Part shown: in pieces, positions 47,937 to 58,488 of the stretch
Layout of the letters: each line of letters begins with the position of its first letter
How positions within the stretch are numbered: position 1 is the stretch's first letter
Assembly (NCBI GenBank): GCA_041546215.1
Contig: JBFEWU010000001.1
Location: 1,056-65,055 of the forward strand
DNA: 64,000 bases
From: Draconibacterium sp.
Lineage (GTDB): Bacteria > Bacteroidota > Bacteroidia > Bacteroidales > Prolixibacteraceae
Reading direction: 5' to 3'
Notes under the pieces: generated by a model
Database searches by the model: none
What the model saw: only the letters and a program-made list of their open reading frames with translations
Told to the model about the DNA's origin: nothing
Program-made: the position numbers and the translations under genes

Positions 47937-48815
47937 TTATGGGGTATCGTCTTTAACCTGATAAGGCGACTCAAGTTTTCGACCACGGTAGTTAAATCTC
48001 TTCGACATATGATTCAGTATTTCATTGGCCGAACTTTCAATGGGTTTGTTTGAAACATTAATCACGGTAAAGCCTCCTCTGTCGAAAACAAACATGGCTT
48101 TACGAATTTCTTCACGTACTTCACGCTGATCGATATATGATTCGCTTTTGTGGTTGTTCCAGCTTTGTAACCTTTTTTGGCGGTGGGCAATCAACTGACC
48201 TGCTCCAATGTGTAATCCAAATACGCGTTGCGAATCCACCTTGAATAATTCAGGTGGCGGAGGAACACCCGGTACCAAAGGAACATTTGCCACCTTCCAG
48301 CCATACATGGCCAGATATACGCTAAGTGGTGTTTTTCCGGCCCTCGAAACTCCGGTTAAAATAATCTCGGCATCATGTAAACGTTGCGGACTCATACCAT
48401 CATCCTGCGAGAGCGTAAATTCTATGGAATCAACACGATCGAAATACCGGTAATTTAATTCGCGATACAAGCCGGGGTGTATTAAAGGCTCCACACTTAA
48501 GGTTTCGTCCAGATAATCTGCCAGCTTACCCATTAAATCGATTACAGCAACCCCAAATTCCTCAGCCAATTCGTTAATTTTTTCGCGTAAATGTGGATTT
48601 ACCATTGTGTGAGCAATCAGGCCTCCATCAGCTTTGGCCTTCATAATGATATCGAATACCTGGTCCTCTTCCGAAACCTGACTGACAATATTTACCGGTA
48701 CATTATTTTCGGGGTATTGAATTAATAGGGATTGAACAAGGTTATTCCCTGCAATTCCCCGGCCTCCTGAAACCACATAAATTGGGGCCGGCAATATTTT
48801 CTGCTGTTTATTCAT
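47937..48815 (-). CDS. PPDK/PEP-synthase regulatory kinase-pyrophosphorylase (DUF299 family)
   Basis: Y..R..SIEFT...DDG, GVSRAGKTPLSVYLA, VANVPL; ATG at 48815. Confidence 0.88.
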   Translation of the reverse strand: MNKQQKILPAPIYVVSGGRGIAGNNLVQSLLIQYPENNVPVNIVSQVSEEDQVFDIIMKAKADGGLIAHTMVNPHLREKINELAEEFGVAVIDLMGKLADYLDETLSVEPLIHPGLYRELNYRYFDRVDSIEFTLSQDDGMSPQRLHDAEIILTGVSRAGKTPLSVYLAMYGWKVANVPLVPGVPPPPELFKVDSQRVFGLHIGAGQLIAHRQKRLQSWNNHKSESYIDQREVREEIRKAMFVFDRGGFTVINVSNKPIESSANEILNHMSKRFNYRGRKLESPYQVKDDTP

Positions 48816-49015
48816 TGCATTATTTCTAGTGAAACAACAAAAGGAGCCCGCCGGTTTAGCAAGCTTGTAATTTTTATTGATTCTAATTGAGTGGAATGGG
48901 TGGAAGTTTGCTCGCAACGGCACGAAGAAGAGAAGTGAAATTCTTACAAAGTTTCAAGGTTAATGTTCAGAGTGGCTCAATCCTTTGAACTTTAAATCGG
49001 AAACCTTAAACTATT

Positions 49016-49795
49016 TTAACCCGAAACCTGTGTCTCAAAACCAGCCTCACGAATACGTTCCGCAATGGAATTAAGTTGTTTAACTGGCACTTTTTCAAGC
49101 GTATCGATGGGTGTATCCCTTGCAATGGTGTATATCATAACTTGCAGGGGATTTATCTTTTTTATCAGTTCCAGCCAGGCCGAAATTTCTTCTTCAGTGG
49201 TGTTATCGATTTTTTGCCCTTTAAAACTGCCACGTACAAACATGGTTTGAATAATTACTTTTCCATGAAAAGCGAGCAATTGTTCAACGGTTCTTTCCAA
49301 ACTAAAATTTTCATTGGGGCAATCGAGCAATTTTACGGTTTGCTCAAAAGCCGAATCCAGCTTTTGAATGTTGTCTTTAATTTTTAACAAGGCATCAAAA
49401 ACAGGTTTTCGATGAATCATAGTTGCATTTGATAGCACGGCAATGCGGGCTCTGGGCGCAAATTTATTACGTAATTCGATGGTGTCGTCAATAATTCCGG
49501 CAAACTCTGGATGCAAAGTTGGCTCACCATTACCGGCAAAGGTAATTACGTCAGGTAATTGCTTGCCGGCAATCATTTTTACCAGCTTTTTTTCCAGCTT
49601 TTCACGAACCTCATCGCGCATTGGCAGCGTAACTTTCTTTTCGTACTCTTTTGGAGTAAAACCACACTCACAATAAATACAATCGAACGAACAAACTTTT
49701 ACATCGGTTGGTAATAAATTTATACCCAACGAAACTCCCAAACGGCGACTTTTTACCGGGCCAAATATTATTTTATCAAAGAGAAATGTTGCCAT
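49016..49795 (-). CDS. Radical SAM protein (COG0731/Tyw1-like family)
   Basis: GPVKSRRLGVSLG, CSFDCIYC, GNGEPTLHP. Confidence 0.88.
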   Translation of the reverse strand: MATFLFDKIIFGPVKSRRLGVSLGINLLPTDVKVCSFDCIYCECGFTPKEYEKKVTLPMRDEVREKLEKKLVKMIAGKQLPDVITFAGNGEPTLHPEFAGIIDDTIELRNKFAPRARIAVLSNATMIHRKPVFDALLKIKDNIQKLDSAFEQTVKLLDCPNENFSLERTVEQLLAFHGKVIIQTMFVRGSFKGQKIDNTTEEEISAWLELIKKINPLQVMIYTIARDTPIDTLEKVPVKQLNSIAERIREAGFETQVSG

Positions 49796-49948
49796 ACTGT
49801 TAAAATGTTGCGCAAAGATAGCATCCTTTTAAAACCTTTGCTATGCTTAAAACCGGCATATGCCATAAGAAAATCTATTCCAGCCTGTGAAAATTTTAAT
49901 ACAACCTTCAATCCGGTTGCAGTACCAGCATAGTCAGTAAGATTTCTG

Positions 49949-50851
49949 TTATTTAATCGTGAAGGTAGTTTCTCCAATTTCGTTACCATCGGCAAATAAG
50001 TTGATTACATATTCTCCGGTCATCAATTGGGGTTCGTTTGTATTATCCCACCAAATGGTCAAAGGCAAATCCTTGCCCTCGTATACGACTTCACGCACTG
50101 CCGAATATTGGATTTTTAAATCTTCAAACTGAAATACGTTGTTCTCCGATTTTACCATCAGCAACTGGTCGGGGCGCATAATTCGTGCGTATATATTTTT
50201 AGGACCCCGTTTGGCAGTGGCATTCATCCCCAATACCAAATAGATTCTGATTTTTTCTGCCCGCCGCGCAAACCGGGTGGGTTTACTTCTATTATTTACA
50301 GCTTCAGCCATTAGCTCGCGTGCTTCTAACAAGGCAGCCCGCTTTAGATTTTGCTGTAAACGTTCTTTTTCTTTATTCAGTTGTTGCTTTTCCTGCTCCG
50401 ATTGTTTGTACTGCTCTTTCACCTCGCGGTTTTCAACCATTAATTGTTCATTCCTGGCATTCAAGGAATCAATTTGAATCACAAAATTTCGCATAATTCC
50501 ACGCAAAGAAGTTACTTCCTGTTGATATCCCACGATCTTAGAATAGCTCACTTTCTTTGTTTGCTCCACCTCAAGCAACAAGTCTTTTACTTTGGCCTGT
50601 GCCACAAAAAGTGCCTCGTTAATGGTATCGTTTTCAGTTCTTAACGAATCATAACTGCTGGCAATCTGCGTTAATTCAAATTGAATGGAATCCTTTTCAG
50701 CCTTTATTTCGTTCATAATTACACTATGGTCGCGCCTTTGTAAAGCAAATAGTACAACTACCACCACCAGCAAGAGCGAAAGTATGATCACAATTATATT
50801 GTTCCTCCGATCTTTCGATTGTCTTTGCATCGCATCTATTTCACTACTCAT
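49949..50851 (-). CDS. Conserved hypothetical membrane-anchored coiled-coil protein
   Basis: One N-terminal TM, long coiled coil, C-terminal beta-rich domain. Confidence 0.75.
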   Translation of the reverse strand: MSSEIDAMQRQSKDRRNNIIVIILSLLLVVVVVLFALQRRDHSVIMNEIKAEKDSIQFELTQIASSYDSLRTENDTINEALFVAQAKVKDLLLEVEQTKKVSYSKIVGYQQEVTSLRGIMRNFVIQIDSLNARNEQLMVENREVKEQYKQSEQEKQQLNKEKERLQQNLKRAALLEARELMAEAVNNRSKPTRFARRAEKIRIYLVLGMNATAKRGPKNIYARIMRPDQLLMVKSENNVFQFEDLKIQYSAVREVVYEGKDLPLTIWWDNTNEPQLMTGEYVINLFADGNEIGETTFTIK

Positions 50852-50973
50852 ATCAGTTTATCTAAAAGTCTATAATACAACGCTACAAAATTATAAATCT
50901 TTTATCCGGCAACAAACCTTTATCGCATTTGCTTTTTATAATTGAATTTATCTATTGCGCTACGATTAATTCT

Positions 50974-50992
50974 ATTTATAATAGTTCTAAAT
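50974..50992. promoter_or_regulatory. Putative Fur box upstream of the TonB-dependent receptor
   Basis: ATTTATAATAGTTCTAAAT; imperfect palindrome, 17/19 match to ATTTAGAATAATTCTAAAT (Flavobacteriales-type Fur box, recalled from memory). Confidence 0.55.
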
Positions 50993-51051
50993 AACTTGCT
51001 CACACAAACGATCTGACTTACTTTTGTTTTCAAATTGAAATTCCGGTTATA

Positions 51052-53388
51052 ATGAAACAAATATTACTATTGCTAAGTACTCTTGCACTCCTCATCTCAA
51101 ACCATGTTGTTGCACAGCAAGAACACAGTGATGCTGTAATTATCGGCCACGTAGTTTCGAGGGGTGAACACATCCCCTTCGTAAACATATACCTGGAAGG
51201 AACCAGTTTGGGAACAGCCACAGATGTAACCGGCCACTACATGATGGTTGACCTGCCTACCGGTAAATTTACACTGGTTGCAAAAATGGTTGGCTATAAG
51301 CTCGGTAAAAAAGAAGTTACACTTAAGGCCGGTGAAACCATTGAAGTAAAATTCGATTTGGAAGAAGATGTAATTCACATGGATGAAGTAGTGATTACAG
51401 GGACAAAAACATTTAAACGTCAAACCGAAAGTGCAGTTATTGTAAATATTCTTGATGCTCAGACAATCGACAAAGTTGCCGCACAAACCATTTCGGAGTC
51501 CCTGAGTTTTCAGCCGGGCTTACGAATGGAAACCGATTGCCAGACCTGTAACTATACACAGCTTAGAATGAACGGCCTGGGTGGTGCTTACAGCCAGATT
51601 TTAATTAATAGCCGTGCAGTTTTTAGTCCGCTAACCGGCTTATACGGGTTAGAACAGTTGCCCACTGAAATGGTAGAACGAATTGAAGTAGTAAGAGGTG
51701 GTGCTTCGGCACTCTATGGTTCGAGTGCCATTGGTGGAACCGTAAATATCATTACAAAACTACCGCAGCGAAACTCCTATGAGGTAACATCCAACAACAC
51801 GGTAATTGGTAGCGATGCCTTGGATTACAATGTAAATGCCACCTTAACAGCACTTTCGCAAAAACGGAATGCCGGAATGGTTATGTATGCCTTCCACCGC
51901 GACCGGGAAGCCTATGACCATAACGGAGATCATTTCTCAGAATTACCATCAATAAAAAACAACTCTTTCGGAATAAATTCATTTTTTCAACTGGATGAAG
52001 ACCAGAAAATTGAAGCCAACTTTTCGAGTACTTATGAATACCGCTATGGTGGTGAAGAAATTGACGACGGCCCTGCATACCTGGCACAACAGTCGGAAGA
52101 ACGTACACACAATGTTATAATGGGAGGACTTGAATACGAGTATACTCCGGGCATACGAACCAGTTTTGTGGTATATTCGGCAGGACAGTACACAAAACGC
52201 AATCATTACACCGGGATTGTGCCGGATGGAGGACTTGCATTACAAGACCACAACAATGCTCCTCCATACGGGTTTTCGAAAAATTACACCTACCAGTTTG
52301 GAGCACAACTAAATCATGCCATCAACGACTTTGCCGGTATCGGAACCAACATTTTAACCTTTGGCGCCGAGTTTGTGAGCGACGATGTTTTCGACGAAAT
52401 TGAAGCCTACGATTACCTCATTGACCAGACTTCGAACAATTTTGGAGCATTTATCCAAAGCGATTGGTCCCTTACTCAAAAAACAACCTTGCTTGCCGGC
52501 GTTCGTGCCGACAAACACAATTTTGTGGACAATCTAATCCTAAATCCACGTGTTTCCTTATTGATAAAACCAAACATGAACACACAACTTCGTCTCTCGT
52601 GGTCTACGGGTTTCCGTGCACCGCAAGCTTTTGATGCTGATATGCACATTGCTTTTGCAGGCGGTGGAATACAAACCGTTGAACTTTCCGACGGTTTGGA
52701 AGAAGAACGTTCGCAGAGTATAAGCACCTCGCTAAACTGGGACAGACCAAGTGAAAAACACATTATCGGCTTTACCCTTGAAGGCTTTTACACCCAACTA
52801 AAAAACGCCTTCATTTTAGAAGAAATTGGAACGGATCCTGACGGAAATTCGTTGATTGAAAAACGTAATGGAGGCAATAGCAATGTCTATGGAATCACAT
52901 TTGAAGCACGTGCCAACTTCAATCGGAAACTCCAACTCGAAACCGGAATTACCTGGCAAAAAAGCCAGTACGCTGAAGAAGTAGCCTGGTCGGAAGAACT
53001 TCCCGGCACAAAAGATTACTTGCGTACACCCGATACCTATGGATATTATACCATTACATGGACTCCACGATCGAAATTCAGTGCGGCACTTTCAGGGATT
53101 TATACCGGAACCATGCTGGTTCCTCACTATGGACTGGCAGGTGATCCCGGAACCATTGAACAAGATCTGTTATTCGAATCTCCTGGTTTTATGGACATGA
53201 CACTTAAACTTGGATATACGCTGGAGTTGAAACGTATGGACTCATCCATTGAATTATTTGGTGGTGTTACCAACTTACTGGACGATTTTCAGAATGATTT
53301 CGACTCAGGCAAAAATCGCGACAGCGGATACGTGTACGGCCCGGCGAAGCCTAGATCAATCTTCTTTGGAATCAAGTTATTTAATTAA
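51052..53388 (+). CDS. TonB-dependent receptor with N-terminal carboxypeptidase-regulatory-like domain
   Basis: Signal, VVITGT, plug motif RIEVVRGGASALYGSSAIGG, C-terminal ...KLFN; CQTC in the plug. Confidence 0.93.
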   Translation: MKQILLLLSTLALLISNHVVAQQEHSDAVIIGHVVSRGEHIPFVNIYLEGTSLGTATDVTGHYMMVDLPTGKFTLVAKMVGYKLGKKEVTLKAGETIEVKFDLEEDVIHMDEVVITGTKTFKRQTESAVIVNILDAQTIDKVAAQTISESLSFQPGLRMETDCQTCNYTQLRMNGLGGAYSQILINSRAVFSPLTGLYGLEQLPTEMVERIEVVRGGASALYGSSAIGGTVNIITKLPQRNSYEVTSNNTVIGSDALDYNVNATLTALSQKRNAGMVMYAFHRDREAYDHNGDHFSELPSIKNNSFGINSFFQLDEDQKIEANFSSTYEYRYGGEEIDDGPAYLAQQSEERTHNVIMGGLEYEYTPGIRTSFVVYSAGQYTKRNHYTGIVPDGGLALQDHNNAPPYGFSKNYTYQFGAQLNHAINDFAGIGTNILTFGAEFVSDDVFDEIEAYDYLIDQTSNNFGAFIQSDWSLTQKTTLLAGVRADKHNFVDNLILNPRVSLLIKPNMNTQLRLSWSTGFRAPQAFDADMHIAFAGGGIQTVELSDGLEEERSQSISTSLNWDRPSEKHIIGFTLEGFYTQLKNAFILEEIGTDPDGNSLIEKRNGGNSNVYGITFEARANFNRKLQLETGITWQKSQYAEEVAWSEELPGTKDYLRTPDTYGYYTITWTPRSKFSAALSGIYTGTMLVPHYGLAGDPGTIEQDLLFESPGFMDMTLKLGYTLELKRMDSSIELFGGVTNLLDDFQNDFDSGKNRDSGYVYGPAKPRSIFFGIKLFN

Positions 53389-53564
53389 GTCACTTTGCGA
53401 TAGAATAGGCGCCTTTTTATCGGGCGGATTTAACTTTTTAAATACGCGTAGTTCTTCACCGGAGGATCACACACCTTGTTAACCGGGTGTGCCAGGTCGC
53501 AATCTATCCAAATAATATTTATAACATTTGCTACATTTGAACGATTTTTCAAAACAGTTTAACA

Positions 53565-53948
53565 TTGGCAAAACGACGACCAACATTTAAAATGTACAGT
53601 TACGGCGAATACTCAAAATGGGACCGAAAGAGCCGTGAAATACCTAAGATACTGAACTTTACTACCGAAATTAAAGCAGAAATTGGGACCGAGTTTGGCT
53701 TTGTACTTCACATAAAAAACGGGAAAGGCGAAACGCTGGAGTTTAAAATCGACCATCCTCCCTTTACCGACGATGAGGGTAAGGTAAGGCCTGCGTTTAC
53801 AGGAGAACAATTTATTCGTACCAACGACTTTGAGTTTTACCTGGGCGATTGCATTTGGGAACCGCTTGAAGATAAACTGGGCAAATGGGAATTAACAGCT
53901 TACTACAATGGGAAAGTGGTGGCAAACAAAGTTTTTATATTGAAATGA
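53565..53948 (+). CDS. DUF3859-like protein
   Basis: GTEFG, G..L.F.I.HP, W.P.ED..G.W; TTG start. Confidence 0.7.
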   Translation: MAKRRPTFKMYSYGEYSKWDRKSREIPKILNFTTEIKAEIGTEFGFVLHIKNGKGETLEFKIDHPPFTDDEGKVRPAFTGEQFIRTNDFEFYLGDCIWEPLEDKLGKWELTAYYNGKVVANKVFILK

Positions 53949-54123
53949 TCTCCCTCGAAGCAAGCCAACGAGGTATCAAATTTTACGATGCAGGTAAAAT
54001 GGTACAAATCATTTATCCCGCGACATTCCACGATTGCGATTGGTTCGAATTAAATCTTACAATACGTTTCACTTTTGAAAATGGATCTCACGAATTACAT
54101 TAAGAAAAGAATAACTAGACTCA

Positions 54124-54420
54124 CTACTTTGCTACTTTTTTAACTTCTGCAGAAAGTTTTGCCAAAGCTGCATCAGCAGCAAACAACATGTCCTGAACCA
54201 GTGTTTTGTAGTATCCTTTAACCAATTTCGGATTGTCTTTCCCATCGGGATGCATGGCCCGAAGTCGCAATTCACGATGTTTGCTTACAATCTCACCGGC
54301 AATTTCATAAACGGCTTTCTCGTCGATTTTTGAATTGTATTCCAACACATAAAAACAATCGCTTAATGCCAGGGACATAATCAAATCGATGTCTTTTTTT
54401 AAGTTTCTTCTGCTTGCCAT
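54124..54420 (-). CDS. Conserved hypothetical protein (98 aa)
   Basis: Clean ORF MASRRNLKKDID, helical, of the kind common in Bacteroidota. Confidence 0.75.
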   Translation of the reverse strand: MASRRNLKKDIDLIMSLALSDCFYVLEYNSKIDEKAVYEIAGEIVSKHRELRLRAMHPDGKDNPKLVKGYYKTLVQDMLFAADAALAKLSAEVKKVAK

Positions 54421-54625
54421 ATTTTTTCAGATAAAGTTTTTTAAAGGTATAAATTTTAATGAAATGCATGATCGCTGCTATACGGGAACAACAAATAGAT
54501 TCATAAATAATTCCATTATAGCAACAAAATTGGATTTAGAATCGTGCCGTATCCTGGATCGAAATGTTTCAATTCCACATCTTTTGCTTAACATTTATCG
54601 ACAATAAATATCCTGTATTGGGCTG

Positions 54626-56575
54626 CTATCTTTGAATCCGCTGAATACCACTGCTTCCTGAGTTTGTATTCCCCGGACGGAAAGGACTATTTTGCCTTTC
54701 GGCCTCACTTTCCTTTTTCGCCTTTTCCTCAGCCTCTTTGCGTTTCTTTTCCTCCAGCTCCAAATCACGCACATTTTTCGTGAAAGTACGATCCGGTGTT
54801 AAATCCCAGGTATAATCATCTATACTCCAGTTCGAACGCACCTTTACAACCTCCTGAACATAGGCCACACGCTCGGGTTGAATTTTATCCTGATAACTCC
54901 CGCCGTCCCATTTGCCGTTATCATTTTCATCGTAGATTACTTTTACCTTGTATTTTTCCGGTGCAAGATATTCAAAAGTTACCGCCCCGTTTTCATCAAA
55001 TCTTTGCTGACGCAATACCTCCTCTTCATCGTTGTTTTTCAAAATCTGAACAAGCATTGGCATTTCAACATTGGAGAACATAAACGTTATGGAGCCGTAA
55101 TAATCCTCTTCACGGGCTTTAAAACGCCGGGTAAGCGTTTGGCTGGTAATTCCAAAAATATTGGTGCAAGCTGCCGAATCAATGCTAAAAGTATATTCAG
55201 TTTCGGGTTCCCACTTATAGCTCACCATGTACGAGCGATACGCCGATTCAATCTCTGTGAACTTAAATTCAAGGGGTGTTTTTAAAGTATCTTTGGTTAA
55301 ATACAGATTTACCATACTTTCATCGAAATACTCCACAGGTTCAGGCGCTGTTAGTTTTATTAATCCATTTAATTCCATGGTAGAAGAAAGATTGGTTTCC
55401 CATGAAAACTGCGGAATTGGTTCGGGCTTATCATCTTCTTGTTCCGCCTTTCGCCTTCTCTTTTTCGGTTTTTCCTTCGGATCCGAATACTTCATCAAAA
55501 CGGTGTCTTTCTGAATGTATTTCTGTGCTGCAGAATCCAGCTGATAATACGAAAGTTCCATATAAAGGGAATCTTGTCTGCTAACCATTGTATCAGTTAT
55601 CCACAATACCAGTGAATCAACTTTTTTGTTGTACTCAAAAAGTTGCCAGTTGTCCGACTCTGCATTAATAAGTTCCACATTAAAAGAATCAGCTACCGAT
55701 TCGTTAAACAAGAAAAGACACTTATTACGCGTTTCACGCTCGGCCGATTCCATAAACTGTTCAAAAATATCCTCCACAAAAAACCTCATGTAAAAAGGCT
55801 CAGGATGAAAATGCGAATGGCCCAAGATCAACAAGGAATCGACACCTTTTACCAAAGTATCTGGCTCCTCATGAAATTCAACCGATGGAATCACCATGCT
55901 GTCTACAAAAGCAATCTCTTCAGCTCCTTCATTGTAAATCAAATCACCATTTAAATCGTTCAGTGCAAAGATATTGTAAGTTCCACCGGCAATATTGTCG
56001 ATCATAAACAAACCTTCCTCATCGGTTTTAGCAATATAATTTGGGCGAACACGGTAAACTGCCGAGTCGTGCAAATTACTTTGCAGCAGTACCAATCCTT
56101 TATCTATTGGTTCCAAATTAAACGCGTTTACAACGCGACCTGCCACGCGCAAAGAATCGTAAACAGGACCCGTACTAAATGAAAAACGCAAATTCTCAAG
56201 TGGGTTTTTTTCGTTATTATCAACGATCGAATTCTTAAAGTCGAGCGAATAGGTTGTGCTGTCTTTGAGCTCTTCGTTAAACTGAATAATTAAAGTCTTT
56301 GACTTGGTTCTTATCAATGGACGTTTTTCCAGGGGAGGTGATATTACCAAAACCTCTGATATCGCGTCGGTTTGCAGGTATTCACTAAAGGTAAGTCTCA
56401 CGTTTTTACCTTCGTAATTAAGTGCTTTATATTCGGGTGAAGTGCCCAGCAAAACCGGTGGAATAGAATCTCTTGGCCCGCCGGTGGGCATGCCTATGTT
56501 TGCGCACGAGGAAATAATAACGATCCACGCCAGTGCTGCAACTATCAGTAATGGAAATTTTCCTTTAATATTCAT
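54626..56575 (-). CDS. Ig-like (Big_5) domain lipoprotein
   Basis: Lipobox SSC then ANIGMPTGGPRDSIPP; repeated beta domains; YDENDNGKWDGG. Confidence 0.82.
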   Translation of the reverse strand: MNIKGKFPLLIVAALAWIVIISSCANIGMPTGGPRDSIPPVLLGTSPEYKALNYEGKNVRLTFSEYLQTDAISEVLVISPPLEKRPLIRTKSKTLIIQFNEELKDSTTYSLDFKNSIVDNNEKNPLENLRFSFSTGPVYDSLRVAGRVVNAFNLEPIDKGLVLLQSNLHDSAVYRVRPNYIAKTDEEGLFMIDNIAGGTYNIFALNDLNGDLIYNEGAEEIAFVDSMVIPSVEFHEEPDTLVKGVDSLLILGHSHFHPEPFYMRFFVEDIFEQFMESAERETRNKCLFLFNESVADSFNVELINAESDNWQLFEYNKKVDSLVLWITDTMVSRQDSLYMELSYYQLDSAAQKYIQKDTVLMKYSDPKEKPKKRRRKAEQEDDKPEPIPQFSWETNLSSTMELNGLIKLTAPEPVEYFDESMVNLYLTKDTLKTPLEFKFTEIESAYRSYMVSYKWEPETEYTFSIDSAACTNIFGITSQTLTRRFKAREEDYYGSITFMFSNVEMPMLVQILKNNDEEEVLRQQRFDENGAVTFEYLAPEKYKVKVIYDENDNGKWDGGSYQDKIQPERVAYVQEVVKVRSNWSIDDYTWDLTPDRTFTKNVRDLELEEKKRKEAEEKAKKESEAERQNSPFRPGNTNSGSSGIQRIQR

Positions 56576-56758
56576 GGTTCAAAAATGGAGTACAAACATA
56601 CAAATTCCTGTAAACATTGAATATTAAGTGTTGTTAAATAATGCCAAATGTAAATTTGTAGAATTAGCTCTCCAAAGTTGAAAATTGCTTTTGAACGTAC
56701 TTTTCAGGATTTCTGTTAATTTTGTAGTCTAATTATACTTACATCAAAAAAACCTGAT

Positions 56759-58441
56759 ATGAATACCAAAAAACTTTTAACTACCCTGTTTTCCCTTCTT
56801 TTTACACTGCTTGCCTTTGCTCAATATGGCGAACCTCCGGTGAAAGCACCCTTCGAAAAGCTTGATTTGTATTGCGTAAACGACTGGTGGGTTCACGCCG
56901 AAAAAATGAAAAATAATCCAAAACGAATTATCGATGTTAATGTTCCGCGCGACGAGGTAATTTGCTTTGGCATGTACACGGTGCAGGATGGTGTACTAAA
57001 AATGACGGCTCAGCTTTTCCCCCTTTATCCCAACGAAAGTCGTGAGCTTCGTTTAGAGCTGAAGAAAAACGGTAAATGGGAAAAAGTTGACACACAAAAG
57101 GTAAATGATATTGGATGGTCGACCCTTTTCAGAATTGAAAACTGGGATGCAGTCAAAGATGTTGAATACCGTCTGCGTCATGGTAAAAATGCAAGTTTTG
57201 AAGGTTTGATCCGTAAAGATCCCATTGATAAAAATGAAATTGTTGTAGGCTCCTTAAACTGCAATTCAAATCACACGCGTGGCCTTCGTGAAGAATACGT
57301 TCGTAACCTGAAGCATTTAAATCCTGATTTGTTGTTTTTTGCCGGTGATCAAAGTTATGACCACAAAGAACACACAGCTGCCTGGTTACTTTTTGGATTG
57401 CAGTTTCGTGATGTTTTCCGCGACCGGCCATGTATTTGTATTCCCGACGATCATGACATTGGCCAGGGGAACCTCTGGGGCGAAGGGGGAATAATAGCCT
57501 CAACACCTGCCGGAAACGACGGAGGATATTTCTATCATCACGAGTACGTAAAAATGGTGGAACGCTGCCAAACCTCGCACTTGCCCGATGCCTACGATCC
57601 AACTCCTGTTGAGCAGGGGATAGGCGTATATTACACCAGCTTAACTGTGGGAGGGATTGACTTTGCCATCATCGAAGATCGCAAATTTAAAACCGGTCCG
57701 GCAGGAACCATTCCGCAACAAGGCCCACGCCCTGATCATATTCGCAATCCGGATTACGATCCGAATAGTATAGATGTTCCCGGCTTAAAACTATTGGGCG
57801 ACCGCCAGCTTACTTTCCTTGAAGATTGGGGAAGACAATGGGAAGGGGTCTCTTTGAAAGCGGTACTTTCGCAAACCGGATTTTGTGGTGGGGCACACCG
57901 TCACGGAAATTTCAAAAATGTCTTACACGCCGACCTCGACAGTAATGGCTGGCCACAAACCGGACGCAAAAAAGCACTACGTTTAATTCGTGCTGCTGGT
58001 GCAGTGCACCTGGCCGGCGACCAGCATTTACCAACTATTGTTCACCACGGAATTGATGATTTTGGCGATGGACCCTATGCTTTTGTGGCTCCTGCAATCA
58101 TAAATAACTACTACAGCCGCTGGTGGCATCCCGAAGATGAAAAACCGGGATTAAATCCTGAGCCTGGCAATCCGCTTCCCTTTAACGGCAACTATCTCGA
58201 TGGCATGGGAAATAAAATCCGAATGGTGGCTTATGCCAATCCTGAAGAAAAATTTTCGCGCGGAGGTTTTGGACTGGTTCGTTTTAACAAGGCAGAAAAA
58301 AGCATAACCTTTGAAAGCTGGAACAGAACAAGCGATGTTAGCAAGACAGGCGCCAAACAAATGCCGGGATGGCCACGCACCATTCGCCAGCATGGAACAA
58401 AAGATGGTTATCCGCTTTGGAAACTGGATCCTCTGAAATAA
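56759..58441 (+). CDS. Alkaline phosphatase D (PhoD)-family metallophosphoesterase, secreted
   Basis: GDQSY, DDHD, EDRKFK, LLGDRQ, DSNGW, GDQH. Confidence 0.8.
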   Translation: MNTKKLLTTLFSLLFTLLAFAQYGEPPVKAPFEKLDLYCVNDWWVHAEKMKNNPKRIIDVNVPRDEVICFGMYTVQDGVLKMTAQLFPLYPNESRELRLELKKNGKWEKVDTQKVNDIGWSTLFRIENWDAVKDVEYRLRHGKNASFEGLIRKDPIDKNEIVVGSLNCNSNHTRGLREEYVRNLKHLNPDLLFFAGDQSYDHKEHTAAWLLFGLQFRDVFRDRPCICIPDDHDIGQGNLWGEGGIIASTPAGNDGGYFYHHEYVKMVERCQTSHLPDAYDPTPVEQGIGVYYTSLTVGGIDFAIIEDRKFKTGPAGTIPQQGPRPDHIRNPDYDPNSIDVPGLKLLGDRQLTFLEDWGRQWEGVSLKAVLSQTGFCGGAHRHGNFKNVLHADLDSNGWPQTGRKKALRLIRAAGAVHLAGDQHLPTIVHHGIDDFGDGPYAFVAPAIINNYYSRWWHPEDEKPGLNPEPGNPLPFNGNYLDGMGNKIRMVAYANPEEKFSRGGFGLVRFNKAEKSITFESWNRTSDVSKTGAKQMPGWPRTIRQHGTKDGYPLWKLDPLK

Positions 58442-58488
58442 AATAACTTTAGAGACGTGTAGCTGCACGTCTTTCCTTTTTTTTGAGT

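Noticed and set aside
50852-51051. Cobalamin or other riboswitch upstream of the TonB-dependent receptor
   Set aside because: The leader is very AT-rich with no B12-box or stable stems
53885-54123. Short ORF with FHD / W.KSF words suggestive of a REP-associated tyrosine transposase C-terminus
   Set aside because: Resemblance is a few residues in different frames; a tblastn with RAYT proteins would be needed
54421-54625. Possible decayed gene fragment between two minus-strand genes
   Set aside because: All frames are broken and no motif is convincing
56576-56758. Pho-box-like array upstream of phoD
   Set aside because: GTAA/GTAG words are present but not at an 11-bp period or at the 19-bp offset seen at the porin and PiT1
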